The position numbers and the translations under genes are program-made. 46,421 nucleotides of DNA from Treponemataceae bacterium (lineage in GTDB: Bacteria > Spirochaetota > Spirochaetia > Treponematales > Rectinemataceae): assembly GCA_963677895.2 (NCBI GenBank), contig CAXXGJ010000039.1, positions 1 to 46,421 on the forward strand, given 5' to 3'. Position 1 is the stretch's first letter, and each line of letters begins with the position of its first letter. Positions 20,960 to 32,202 of this stretch are shown here, piece by piece. The notes below the pieces were generated by a model. It was given only the letters and a program-made list of their open reading frames with translations. It was not told the origin of the DNA and ran no database searches.

Positions 20960-21367
20960 ATGAGTGAATTATATGCATTACAAGGTACGTATGATTCTGG
21001 AAAAACAGAAAAACTTAAAAATATTTATCAAATATTAATAGAAAAATATCCATCTATAATAGTAAGTATGAAAAAAGGAAATGTGGATTTAAAAATTGTA
21101 TTAAAAAATGTAAATGGAATGACAATAGGAATAGAGACGCAAGGAGATCCTAATTCTAGGCTTGAACATAGTCTAAATTATTTTAAAAATCTAAAATGCG
21201 ATATTATATTTTGTGCTTGTCGTACTAGAGGAATGACAGTAGATTGGATTAATTCTATATCAAATATATATAATGTTCATTTTATATCACAAACAGTCGA
21301 TAGAAAAAACTATAAAATAAGTAATCAAAAAATGGCAAATACAATTATAGCTTTAGCAGGTTTATAA
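20960..21367 (+). CDS. Hypothetical protein with P-loop-like motif
   Basis: GTYDSGKT near the N-terminus; AGGAG RBS. Confidence 0.6.
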   Translation: MSELYALQGTYDSGKTEKLKNIYQILIEKYPSIIVSMKKGNVDLKIVLKNVNGMTIGIETQGDPNSRLEHSLNYFKNLKCDIIFCACRTRGMTVDWINSISNIYNVHFISQTVDRKNYKISNQKMANTIIALAGL

Positions 21368-21395
21368 ATGTATTACAGGATAAAGAAGAGAATAA

Positions 21396-21519
21396 TTCTA
21401 ACAATGCTTCAACCCTATAACGCCTTTTGTCATGGTTTTTGCTAGAAGATGACGCAAAAACCACGCCAATCCTTCGCTACGCTCAGGAACAGGCGTTAAG
21501 GGTTAAGCCAATGTTAGAA
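21396..21519 (+). repeat. attC site
   Basis: TTCTAAC...GTTAGAA. Confidence 0.95.
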
Positions 21520-21548
21520 TAGCGCTCCCGCGCAGGAAGAATTAAAAA

Positions 21549-22129
21549 ATGAATGTAAAGCTTGATGAGCATTCAAAAATACTTGTTGTAGGTACTAGTG
21601 GTTCTGGGAAAAGTACATTAGCTAGAAATATTAGTGCTATTCTAAAAATTAAGGATATAGAACTTGATGCATTACATTGGAAAGAGAACTGGCAAGAATC
21701 AAGTAATGATGATTTCAGAGATAAAATAGTACAATCAATAAAAGGTACAAGCGGCTATGTAATTCATGGAAATTACAATAAAGTTAAAGATCTGACGTGG
21801 GGGAATGCTGATACGGTTATATGGCTTGATTATTCTCGTTTTATTGTAATGTGGAGAGTAATAAAAAGAACATTTATTAGAATACTGATACAAGAAGAGT
21901 TATGGGCAGGAAATAAGAGACAATAAAGAAATCATTCTTTGATAAAGATTCCATAATACTGTGGGCATGGAATACATATAGTAAAAGGAAAGCTCAATAT
22001 AAGGAAATGGTTAAAGAGAATCCATATAAGATAAAAACTTATATCGTGTTAAAGAGTCCAAGCGAAGCAAAAATATTTATAGAAGAATTAAAGAAAGGAA
22101 GAATTCTAACACCTGCTTCGACCCTATAA
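21549..22129 (+). CDS. Adenylate kinase-like P-loop protein (FlaR-like), frameshift ~21917
   Basis: VVGTSGSGKSTLA, ELDALHW, GNY, ADTVIWLD. Confidence 0.8.
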
Positions 22130-22235
22130 CGCTATTGTCACGCTTCTTGCGAATTGCTGTAAAGTAGGAGCGACAACGTAAAGTGGAGCAAGAATCGCGC
22201 CAATATACGCGTTAAGGGTCAAGCCAATGTTAGGT
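22104..22235 (+). repeat. attC site (divergent centre)
   Basis: TTCTAAC...GTTAGGT. Confidence 0.9.
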
Positions 22236-22260
22236 CAACAATAAAGAATTAGGAAATTGA

Positions 22261-23033
22261 ATGATATATGTAAAACGAAAAATTATTTTTATTATACATT
22301 TAATATTAATATATTCTGCAATATTTATATCTTGTACAACTAATAAAGCTATAAATATTGAAGATGATATCGATGATTTTTATCAATATCCTAGTTTAGG
22401 ATTAAAAAGCTTTAATAAAGCGGTATTGAATGAAACTAATAAAATAGAAATTAGAAGTAAAATAGGTGACTATAATACAAATGACGAATTATTACAAAAA
22501 ATTTGTTTATATTTAAAAAATGAATATAAAAGCGCAGAAATAGTTGATGGTGCTAATATGAGATATTCAGATGAAATTATAAGAACTAAAACCATAAGGC
22601 ACTGTGCAGAATATGGTGTTATATGGTTAAGTATCCTTAGGCTTTACCAAATTCCATGTATTTATATTCAAGCTATGAAATTGAAGATGCTGAAGAAAAA
22701 GATGGAAAGAGTTGGGGAGGCCATGTTTTTATATGTGCATATATTGATAAGCAATTTATATTAATTGATTCAACACGTGAAAGAAAATATATTATTAAAA
22801 ATTATTATTCAAAAATAATACCTATTGTAATACCGGGATTTGCCAAAAAAGGTTTTGTAGAAATGTTTAGATGCTTTGACCCAGGAAGTATTATATTTAG
22901 ACAATCAGACTATCATAACTACATTGTTAATACGAGAGATTTATATAAACGAAGTATGGAACCAAAAGAATACATTGGAGGGATTAAGCTAATCAAGAAT
23001 GATAGTGTATTAGATTTTAAATATAAATGGTAA
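22261..23033 (+). CDS. Lipoprotein with transglutaminase-like domain, frameshift ~22675
   Basis: FISC lipobox; C (HCAEY), H (GHVF), D (LIDST) triad split over two frames. Confidence 0.65.
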
Positions 23034-23044
23034 TAAAAATTGTG

Positions 23045-23184
23045 ACCTAACAAATGCTTCAACCTTATAAAGCCTTTTGTCATGGTTTTTGCAGAACAAC
23101 AATGCAAAAACCACGCCAATCCCTCGCATCGTTGCTACGCAACGCCGCTCAGGCCAGGCTTTAAAGGTTAAGCCAATGTTAGAT
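23045..23184 (+). repeat. attC site
   Basis: ACCTAAC...GTTAGAT. Confidence 0.95.
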
Positions 23185-23362
23185 TCACTATGAAATGGAG
23201 AAAAAATTTACACTTATTTGTAATGAGAAAATGCTGCGAGAAAAATGTTTCTTTGTCTATTATATAAAATTTATAATTTATTCTTGAAAATTTGCGATTC
23301 AAGAGCAATTTTGATTGTATCTTGTATTTGCTATGAATGTGAAAATGATTCGATGGAAAATT

Positions 23363-23793
23363 ATGTATGATTCTTTCTTTTTAGATATATTATCGATTCA
23401 ACCGACACAATTATACATCAGTGCATTGAAGTATCAAATTGTAAATGAAAAATTATCTAGAGAAAAGTTTTCTCATGAACTCTATAATGCAATTCCGATA
23501 AAGCAGTTTGATGATAAAGTAATATTTATAGATGGGCATACAAGAGCAGCATGGCTCATAAATCATGGAATCTATACAATCAAGGTATATTGGGAAAAAG
23601 AAGAATATAATTGGGATCTATATAGAAGATGTATTAATTGGTGTAAGAAGAAAACATTAATTCAATCGATGATCTTAAGGGAAGAATAGTAAGTTCAGAA
23701 GAATATAAAGAATTATGGAATAAGAGATGCAAAATAGCATTACTAAAAATTCGAAGATCAAGAAAAATAGAACAGAAAAATATAGGAACCTAA
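23363..23793 (+). CDS. ParB/sulfiredoxin-like protein, frameshift ~23645
   Basis: IQPTQLYIS and IDGHTRA motifs. Confidence 0.65.
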
Positions 23794-23912
23794 CAACTGC
23801 TTCAACCCTATAACGCCTTTTGTCATGGTTTTTGCGAGAAGATGACGCAAAAACCACGCCAATCCTGAGCTATCGCTCAGGCTAGGCGTTAAGGGTTAAG
23901 CCAATGTTAGGT
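23788..23912 (+). repeat. attC site
   Basis: ACCTAAC...GTTAGGT. Confidence 0.95.
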
Positions 23913-23955
23913 TGACGCTTCGCGCCATTAGGAATTTTAAAAGAGGCAATTATAA

Positions 23956-24651
23956 ATGAGTTATTCTGTTATATCACCTCTGGGTGAAATTATATTGATC
24001 TCTTCGCAAAAAAGCACTAAAACCAAACAAGCACATCTTCATTTGAGAAATGGAGTATGTTTTAGATGTTCTTTAATTGAAGAAGCATATAGATTACTTT
24101 TAGATGGAATAGAAAACTTGAAGTATGAAGAAACAAAATTAATGGAAGTAAATATATACATAAATTCTATATATATTAATATTCGTGGAATAATTGATAA
24201 TTTGTCTTGGTATTTAAAATATGAGCTAAATATTAGTACAAAGTCTGAAAACCAAATTGACCTTAAGGGTAAAATATTTAGGAAAGAACTTGTAGAAAAA
24301 GGATTTAATATTGATAGAATTCAGAGATTTGATGACTGGTTTTCTGAAATAAAAAAGAAAAGGGATCCAATTGCACATCGATTGCCCTTATATATCCCAT
24401 ATAGGATAATAACTGATAAAAAAGATGCAGAAAATGCACAAAAATTATATAAAGAAGCAGATAATAAATTATGTAATGCGGATAAGACATGGACAAGTTC
24501 TCTTTTTGATGCTAGGAATATTGGAGAATTTAAGCCAACAATTTTAAAAACAGATACTGAAACAGGAGAAATAACAATATATCCAATAGAAAAAAATATT
24601 GAAAGCGATTTAGAAAATATTAAAGATCTTGTTAAAGAAATTCTACAATAA
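23956..24651 (+). CDS. HEPN-domain protein (Cthe_2314-like)
   Basis: RDPIAH (Rx4H); IRGIIDNL helix. Confidence 0.6.
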   Translation: MSYSVISPLGEIILISSQKSTKTKQAHLHLRNGVCFRCSLIEEAYRLLLDGIENLKYEETKLMEVNIYINSIYINIRGIIDNLSWYLKYELNISTKSENQIDLKGKIFRKELVEKGFNIDRIQRFDDWFSEIKKKRDPIAHRLPLYIPYRIITDKKDAENAQKLYKEADNKLCNADKTWTSSLFDARNIGEFKPTILKTDTETGEITIYPIEKNIESDLENIKDLVKEILQ

Positions 24652-24774
24652 CCTAACACATGCTTCAACCTTATAAATCCTTTGGCATGGTTTGTGCGAG
24701 GACGGAAGAGCACAAACCACGCCAAGCTTTCGCTGCGCTCAAGCGCGGATTTAAAGGTTAAGCCAATGTTAGGT
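24651..24774 (+). repeat. attC site
   Basis: ACCTAAC...GTTAGGT. Confidence 0.95.
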
Positions 24775-24884
24775 TGACGCCTTCGGCGCAAAAAGATACA
24801 TGCCAAACTATTTATTGGTAATGTTAGCTTGATGTTTCATGATGGAATAATCAAATAAGTAAATGATGCTGAGTTGGAGTGTCT

Positions 24885-25211
24885 ATGGCAACAGATCTTG
24901 AATTCATACAGTATGTATGTGAACAGATTAGTGAAACTGGTAGAATTCGTTATAGAAAAATGTTTGGTGAATATATGGCATATGTAAATGATAAGCCAAT
25001 ATTATTAGTCTGTAATAACAGTGTATATATAAAGCAACACGCATGTCTCGTTGAGTTGATGAAAGAATCAGAAAAAGGAATTCCCTATACTGGAGCCAAA
25101 GAACATTACATATTAGATATTGATAATAAAGAACTATGTACAGAAGTGATTAAGCTTGTAGAACCACTAGTAAGTATACCTAAGTCGAAAAATAGTAGTA
25201 GGAACCAATAA
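24885..25211 (+). CDS. TfoX N-terminal domain protein
   Basis: YRKMFGEY...LVCNNSVYIK. Confidence 0.85.
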   Translation: MATDLEFIQYVCEQISETGRIRYRKMFGEYMAYVNDKPILLVCNNSVYIKQHACLVELMKESEKGIPYTGAKEHYILDIDNKELCTEVIKLVEPLVSIPKSKNSSRNQ

Positions 25212-25454
25212 ATGGAATTTATACCTATACCATATTTTGGAATGATCATGTGCTTCTTTGTAGCACCAACATTAACCTTTGGTTTTATTTCATATATGAA
25301 AAAGATTAAAGCTGATGTAGAAAAGAAAAAGTATCAAAAAGAAATATTAGAGTTAGAGATACGAAAAGATGAGATACATCTGAAGATGATTGAAGAAGAG
25401 AATAAAAAGTATGACAAAATGATTGGATCAGATATTAGAAAAGAAGAAAAGTAG
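25212..25454 (+). CDS. Small membrane-anchored coiled-coil protein
   Basis: One TM plus charged tail, abuts the TfoX gene. Confidence 0.65.
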   Translation: MEFIPIPYFGMIMCFFVAPTLTFGFISYMKKIKADVEKKKYQKEILELEIRKDEIHLKMIEEENKKYDKMIGSDIRKEEK

Positions 25455-25456
25455 AA

Positions 25457-25581
25457 ACCTAACAAATGCTTCAACCCTATAATGCCTTTTGTCATGGTTT
25501 GTGCAGAACAACAATGCACAAACCACGCCAATCCTTCGCTTCGCTCAGGAGCAGGCGTTAAGGGTTAAGCCAATGTTAGGT
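25457..25581 (+). repeat. attC site
   Basis: ACCTAAC...GTTAGGT. Confidence 0.95.
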
Positions 25582-25613
25582 TGACGCTTCGCGCCAATAA
25601 AAGAGGTGATACC

Positions 25614-25811
25614 ATGATCAAACTTAAGCAATTCCAAAATAGGTTTGAAGCGGAATTCTTCGCTACCATCTTAGATAAAGAAAATATTCCCTACATAATC
25701 CAGTCAGATGATAGCGGAGGACAAAGACCAGCATCATATAGTATAGCTGCAACAATACTCGTTAGCGAAAAAGATTATGAACTGGCTAAATCCTTTCTTT
25801 TAGAACAATGA
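25614..25811 (+). CDS. DUF2007-like protein (copy 1)
   Basis: EAEFFATILDKENIP...VSEKDYELA; GAGGT RBS. Confidence 0.75.
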   Translation: MIKLKQFQNRFEAEFFATILDKENIPYIIQSDDSGGQRPASYSIAATILVSEKDYELAKSFLLEQ

Positions 25812-26249
25812 AAACTAAAGATATTGCTCCTTGTGGGATTAATTGTAGTCTCTGTTTAGCGTATCAAAGGGATAAGAATCATTGTAATGGATGCAATGGA
25901 TCAGATGATCATAAAGCATACCATTGTGTTGAATGTAGAATAAGGAATTGTGAAGAGAAAAAGGGAAATAAAGAACGGTTATGTAGTAAATGTAAGAAGT
26001 ATCCATGTAGAAGAATAAAGGATTTAGAAAAGAGATATACAAATAGATATAATGTGAGCATCTTATAAGAACTTTGAGGATATAAAGATATTAGGAATAA
26101 GAGAATTTATACAGAACGAAAAAGTAAAATGGCAATGTGATAAATGTGGCAAATATTTTTGCATGCATAGAGATATGTGTCTATTCTGTGGAAATCAAAA
26201 TCTAATATATATAGAGAAAAGAAATAACCTAACAAAAGCTTCAACCTGA
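25808..26249 (+). CDS. DUF3795 Cys-rich protein (copy 1), frameshift ~26063
   Basis: APCGINCSLC; the intact paralog at 41737 shows the 1-nt insertion. Confidence 0.8.
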
Positions 26250-26347
26250 CTCGCGTTTGAAAAGCGTAAATAGCTACAATGTTAACCTGATAATGCCCTG
26301 GTAGCGCAGGAGCGCACGACGGCTCGCAGGTTAAGCCAATGTTAGGA
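26227..26347 (+). repeat. attC site, second family
   Basis: ACCTAAC...GTTAGGA. Confidence 0.9.
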
Positions 26348-26490
26348 TGACGCGCTAAACGCGCGCAGGTGCTCTTCGTAATAAGTAGGTGATAATAATA
26401 GTTTATAGCAAAAGTATTAAGTTAAATGCATCGTTGAAATATTTATCGCCTGCTAATTGTGCTTTTACGGCAAATTGATAAATTGAGCAT

Positions 26491-26873
26491 ATGAGAGATA
26501 ATAATATTATGAAAACAACATTACATACCATTAACGATGAAAGAATACTTGAGCTTGAAGACAATGGCTATATTTTAAAGGATGCGCAGGATCTATTAGA
26601 TATTATAGGAGCATACTCTGTACGAACTATCATACTAAGAAAGAAAATATCATACCAGATTTCTTTGATCTAAAGACAAAAGTAGCAGGCGAAATATTAC
26701 AGAAGACAAGTAACTATGGATTAAAGATTGGCATTATAGGAGATTTTACATCTATTAAGAGTGAAAGCTTAAGAGAATTTATATATGAGAGTAATAAGAC
26801 TAAGCAGGTAATATTTAAAGAAAGTAAAGAAGAGATATTAAAGATATTTGGAAAGAATGATAATGAAGAATAG
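26491..26873 (+). CDS. DUF4180-family protein (paralog), frameshift ~26640
   Basis: Shifted frame gives FFDLKTKVAGEILQK...SLREFIYESN. Confidence 0.8.
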
Positions 26874-26895
26874 GGTAAAGATCTTAAAAAAATTA

Positions 26896-27019
26896 TCCTA
26901 ACAAGTGCCTCAACTTATAACGCTCTTTGTCATGGTTTGTGCAGCACAACAATGCACAAACCACGCCAATCCCTCGCTTCGCTCGGGAGCGAGCGTTAAA
27001 GGTTAAGCCAATGTTAGGT
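26896..27019 (+). repeat. attC site
   Basis: TCCTAAC...GTTAGGT. Confidence 0.93.
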
Positions 27020-27134
27020 TGACGCCTTCGGCGCAAAAAGATACATACTAAATAAGTTAGTGTTAATGTTATATTGAAGCTTAGCGTAGAAAAGCCGAAT
27101 AGCTGAAAAGCGGATTTGTTCTGTTGGAGAAAAT

Positions 27135-27650
27135 ATGGATGATACAATAATAAAAACGAGCAGATTAATACTGCGCTACCAAAGAAAATCAGACATAAAG
27201 TTCTTGGTGAACTTGTGGATGGATGAAGAAATGACGAAGTACACTGGAGGGCCAAGAGATAAGCTAAATTTAATTGAAGAGTTTAGAAAGATAGCAGAAG
27301 ATCCAAAGAAAGAAGAATATGATCTTTGGCCAATAGAGCTTAAAAACACCCATGAACTGATAGGACACGCAGGATTTATTCCAAAAGAGATAAAGGGAAA
27401 AGAATATATAGAGCTAAATTATTACATAGATAAAACAAAATGGAAAAAGGGATATGCAAAAGAGATATCAAAGGCATTAGTTGATTATGCCTTTAAGGAA
27501 AAGAAATTAGATAAGGTTATAGCGATTATAAATCCTGAGAATGAAGCATCAAAAGAAGTGGCAAAATCTATAGGAATGAAGTATTGGATGAATGAAGAAA
27601 GATCAGGGAAGATAAAGAGTATTTACATAAAAAGAAAAGAAGAAACCTAA
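27135..27650 (+). CDS. GNAT N-acetyltransferase (RimJ/RimL-like)
   Basis: KTSRLILR, WKKGYAKE, NEAS...IGM. Confidence 0.9.
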   Translation: MDDTIIKTSRLILRYQRKSDIKFLVNLWMDEEMTKYTGGPRDKLNLIEEFRKIAEDPKKEEYDLWPIELKNTHELIGHAGFIPKEIKGKEYIELNYYIDKTKWKKGYAKEISKALVDYAFKEKKLDKVIAIINPENEASKEVAKSIGMKYWMNEERSGKIKSIYIKRKEET

Positions 27651-27769
27651 CACCTGCTTCGACCCTATAACGCCCTTTGTCATGGTTTGTGCAGAACAAC
27701 AATGCACAAACCACGCCAAACCTTCGCTTCGCTCAGGTGCAGGCGTTAAGGGTCAAGCCAATGTTAGGT
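27645..27769 (+). repeat. attC site
   Basis: ACCTAAC...GTTAGGT. Confidence 0.95.
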
Positions 27770-27801
27770 TGACGCTATAGCGCAGATACTAGAAGAACCA
27801 T

Positions 27802-28457
27802 ATGATTCCTGATTTTAAAAGAATTAATCTTGAAATTGATAGAACACATAAGAATGTCCTCGAGTTCATTACAATATGTAAATCTGAAAATTTATATGAT
27901 AGCTCATATGAAGATTGGAACTATAAAGATGTTATTACACATTTGACACGATGGATATCATTCTCTGCCAACAAGCTTGAAAGTATTAAAAATCAAATCC
28001 CTTTTAAAGATGTAGATGACTTTCGAAAAGCAAATAGAGAATGGTATGCGGTTGATAATGATAAAGAACTCAAGATAGTAGAGTCAGGATTTGAAAATGC
28101 AATTGAGAAGTATAAAGCAGTAATAGCAACCTATAGTAAAGAAGATCTTATTAAGAATGATCTACCATTAGGTTTTAAAATGGATCTTTGGCGATATATG
28201 ATAATGGATGGATCAACACACCCAAATGGGCATTTACTCTATCATTACTTGAAACGAAGGAAATACTTGAACTTTATAAAAGTTTTAAGAAGAGACGGAA
28301 GATATATTTTCTTTGTTTTCTAAGGGGAATAATAAAGTATATAGTTTTGTAGAGTATGAAGATAAAGGATGGAATGGTTAAAGAGAGAATAAAAGAATTA
28401 AGTAAAGCATATAAAGATAAAGATATACTTAAGAAAGTAATAGAAGCTAATCAGTAA
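27802..28457 (+). CDS. DinB/ClbS-like four-helix bundle protein, 3' frameshifts
   Basis: WNYKDVITHL..W and HPNGH. Confidence 0.6.
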
Positions 28458-28469
28458 AATAGGGCAGAC

Positions 28470-28594
28470 ACCTAACACATGCTTCAACCCTATAACGCCC
28501 TTTGTCATGGTTTTTGCGAGAAGATAACGCAAAAACCACGCCAATCCTTCGCTTCGCTCAGGAACAGGCGTTAAGGGTTAAGCCAATGTTAGAT
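28470..28594 (+). repeat. attC site
   Basis: ACCTAAC...GTTAGAT. Confidence 0.95.
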
Positions 28595-28641
28595 TGACGC
28601 TTCGCGCAGAAGAAATTTAACATAATATATAGAGGTAGTGA

Positions 28642-30027
28642 ATGAAAACATTATCAATTGGTGTTTCTATCAAGCACTCTGAGGTTACAAATAGTTATTT
28701 TTCTTCTTCATTTTCATTTCTTGATTATGATCTTGTGCTACTTGATTTCACAAATATTCTAGATGAGTACAATTCAGATTATTCCTATTCAACTTATATG
28801 GGATATAAATGTTTGTCTGATGACGATTCAGTAAAAATTAGTAATGATATAGAACGAAGAAAGATAGAGATAAAAGATATGCTACAAAAATGGGAAGAAC
28901 TTAATCGTTTTTTCTTCTATGCCAATTTATTGCTATTATGCAACCGGGAAAAAAGAACATTCTGGTACTGGAAGAAACCAAAAAACTACTCGAATAGTAA
29001 GCAAGCTAGATATAATTAAAGCGCTAAATATACAAATGAATACTATTCCGGCAACAGGAACAAATATTGAATATGAGAATGACAAGATATTTATGCCATT
29101 CTTTAAAAAGCTAAAAGAAATATTTTATTACTCAGCTTACTATGAAAGTAGTACTGGTACTTGTATTGCAAAAATTAAAGGAACCAATAAAACGGTTTCT
29201 GAGTAATACTAAACATAATAATGGTTACATTATATGCTTGCCTTCGATGTATAAAGAAAGAAACTATAAATTAAAAAGTGATTATACAAAGAACAGTATA
29301 CTATTTATCAATGCTATATTCGAGTTAATGAAAGAGCTTAATTATTCTGAAGGAGATTATTCATTACCTGATTGGGCGATAGGGTATATTTTGCCAAGCG
29401 AGAAAGAAATAAGAGAAAAAATAGAAAAGGGACAAATTAAGCTAGACTTATTATTAAGTAAACAAAGTAAACTAAAAAGACAAAAAGAAGAAATTGAATT
29501 AAGAAAAAATTTGATTTGTGGGTCAGGGAAAGCATTAGAGAATCAGTGTGTTAAAATCCTTGAAAAAATTGGATTTGAAATATGTGAAAGTGAAAATGTG
29601 AATCGAGAAGATCTTATAATAAAATGGAAGCAGATAGTATATATTATCGAAATAAAGGGGCTAACAAGTAGTGCAGCAGAAAAAAATGCTGCTCAACTAG
29701 AAAAATGGGTAAGTGAGTATCAGATAAAGCATGATATAAAAACCAAAGCCAATTTTGTTAGTAAATGCTTTTAGGAATGATCCGCTAGAAAATAGAAAAG
29801 ATCCATCTTTTCCTGACCAGATGATAAAATATTGTGTTAGCAGAGAGCATTGTCTTTTAACAACAACACAATTGCTTTGTAGTTATATAGATATAGTAGT
29901 AAATAAAAATGGATCAATTGATATGCTAGCAAAAAAAATGAATTTATGTCGTGGAATATTAGAAGACTATCAAAAATTTGAAGACTATATAACAATTGAA
30001 AAGAAAAGTGAAATAAAAGAAACCTGA
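28642..30027 (+). CDS. Protein with C-terminal restriction-endonuclease-like domain, split into four frames
   Basis: Overlapping ORFs 28642, 28919, 29142 and 29755; LE...GF...REDLII...IEIKG...AQLEKW motif. Confidence 0.65.
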
Positions 30028-31099
30028 ATTCAAGGTCGAAGTGCAACGGAGAGGCGACGTTGTAGAATAACTCGAAAGGGGTTTTATAACCATGCCTCTT
30101 ACGGGGTCTCGTATTGAGTTTATAGGCAATACTGTCACATTCAGTCTGGGTAACACGTTTCATACAGGATCCTTTAGGAAGATATTGGCGAATGAGGCCA
30201 TTCGTGTTTTCATTGGTTCCTCGTTCCCATGAATGGTAAGGATTAGCGAAGTAGCAGGTAACAGGGAAGAGATATTCGAGATCTTTATAAGCATGGAACT
30301 CGGTACCATTATCAAAAGTGATTGAAACGAATTTCTTTCCGTGTTCACGAATTGCGGCAACACAAGCAGCATTAACTTGGAGCGTCGTTCTCGCTTTAAC
30401 CTTTTTGATAATAAGGAAGCCGGTTTTACGCTCAACTAAGGTAACAATACAATGGTGGCGATCCTTACCCATAACAGTATCGCCTTCCCAGTGGCCCAAG
30501 GAAGCTCGAGAATCAATTTCGAAAGGGCGATCGGCGATCATACGCTTTCCAGGTAAGACACCGCGGGAATCATGCGAGTTGTAGCGTTTACGCCGGCGCT
30601 TAGGGACGATACGAAGATGCTTAAAGAGCGTTCCTCCTTTCTTTTTATCATAGAGCAGGTATAAGTATATGGTTTCATGACTTATAGAAAAGCCAAAGCA
30701 CTCTTTGATGATATTTGAAGCTTGTTCCGGGCTGTAGTCAGCTTTGATAAGGAGCAGAACAATACGCCATTGATCAGGAGAGAATTGAGAACCTCGTCGA
30801 TTACGTTTTCGTCGAGCCGTAGCGTAACTGTGAGCGATTTCAGGAGAATAGGTATTGAGCTTAGGTCTTCTGTTTCGGTGTAATTCACGGCATATAGTAG
30901 ATTTATCTCTACCAAGCTCTTTAGCAATAGTACTAAGAGAGCAGTGGGTTCGCAAAAGGGCGTGAATAGTGTATCGTTCTTGCTGGGAGAGTTGCTGATA
31001 GCTCAACGGTGGATTCCTTTTCTTGGCAGAATGAGGGTGCACTTAGTATCGTGACTCTCCCTCTTTTCGCCTACACCGTTGCACTTACTATTTGAACCC
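30026..31099 (-). mobile_element. IS30-family insertion sequence
   Basis: Imperfect 24-bp IRs 30026-30049 / 31076-31099 sharing AAGTGCAACGG; 9-bp direct repeat AAGAAACCT at 30017-30025 and 31100-31108. Confidence 0.93.
30030..31006 (-). CDS. IS30-family transposase
   Basis: HTH (LGRDKSTICRELHRN), GHWEGDT, TFDNGTEF, PYHSWERGTNENTNGLIRQYLPKG; likely TTG start at 31006; 3' end approximate. Confidence 0.93.
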
Positions 31100-31104
31100 A
31101 AGAA

Positions 31105-31227
31105 ACCTAACAACTGCTTCAACCTTATAAATCCTTTGTCATGGTTTGTGCAGAAATCCCAAGTACAAACCACGCCAAGCCTTCGCTTCGCTCAGGCGCG
31201 GATTTAAAGGTTAAGCCAATGTTAGGA
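31105..31227 (+). repeat. attC site
   Basis: ACCTAAC...GTTAGGA. Confidence 0.95.
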
Positions 31228-31258
31228 TGACGCCTTCGGCGCAAATCAACGAGAATCT

Positions 31259-32020
31259 ATGAAAACAAATCAATTACAGCTAAAAGAATACTTGATCTCA
31301 CAATACGAGATTAAGTTCAGTGGTTGGGATTTCTCCTATCTCGATGGAAAAATGGAAGAATCACCATTACCATGGAATTATAGAAATATAATCACCGAGT
31401 ATATGAAGACTTCATCATGTATGCTTGATATGGGAACTGGCGGTGGAGAATTCTTGGATTCATTAGAAGAATTACCAAAACTTGTATATGCTACCGAAGG
31501 TTATGCACCTAATATTCCTATTGCACAAAATAGATTAAAGCATAAAAATATTGAAGTTAAAGTCATAGACGAGACCAACATTCTTCCTTTTGATAATGTA
31601 TCCTTTGACGTAGTTATAAACCGCCACGAGGAGTATATTGTCGATGAGGTAAAAAGGGTTTTAAAAGAAAACGGATACTTCGTAACGCAACAAGTAGGCG
31701 GTATGAATAATATTGATATCAATTCAACATTAGGTGCAATTCCGCCACATTATTATAATTGGTGTTTGCTAAAGACAATTGAAGATTTAACAAATGCTGG
31801 ATTTAAAATTGTAATCAGTGATGAAACGATAGGATATTCAAGGTTCTATGACATTGGAAGTATCGTTTACTATTTAAAGTGTATACCTTGGCAGATTGAT
31901 GATTTTTGTGTTGAAAAGTACTTTGATAGATTATATTTGCTTGATGAGTATATAAAAGAACATAAATATAAAGATTTCATTAATCATAGATTTTATGTTG
32001 TTGCACAGAGAATACGTTAG
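31259..32020 (+). CDS. Class I SAM-dependent methyltransferase
   Basis: LDMGTGGGE, LPFDNVSFDVV. Confidence 0.9.
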   Translation: MKTNQLQLKEYLISQYEIKFSGWDFSYLDGKMEESPLPWNYRNIITEYMKTSSCMLDMGTGGGEFLDSLEELPKLVYATEGYAPNIPIAQNRLKHKNIEVKVIDETNILPFDNVSFDVVINRHEEYIVDEVKRVLKENGYFVTQQVGGMNNIDINSTLGAIPPHYYNWCLLKTIEDLTNAGFKIVISDETIGYSRFYDIGSIVYYLKCIPWQIDDFCVEKYFDRLYLLDEYIKEHKYKDFINHRFYVVAQRIR

Positions 32021-32041
32021 GATACTACGGTAAAAAGTATA

Positions 32042-32166
32042 TCCTAACAAATGCTTCAACCCTATAACGCCTTTTGTCATGGTTTTTGCTTGAAGATTAC
32101 GCAAAAACCACGCCAATCCTTCGCTTCGCTCAGGAGCAGGCGTTAAGGGTTAAGCCAATGTTGGGT
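32042..32166 (+). repeat. attC site
   Basis: TCCTAAC...GTTGGGT. Confidence 0.95.
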
Positions 32167-32202
32167 GGACAAAAAATCTATAAAAGCGAGAAATAAACAT
32201 TT

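Noticed and set aside
29837..30029. C-terminal extension of the IS30 transposase (401-aa ORF)
   Set aside because: It runs beyond the IS end; the adjacent frame gives the typical VAL.. ending with TGA inside the IR, so a 1-nt indel is more likely
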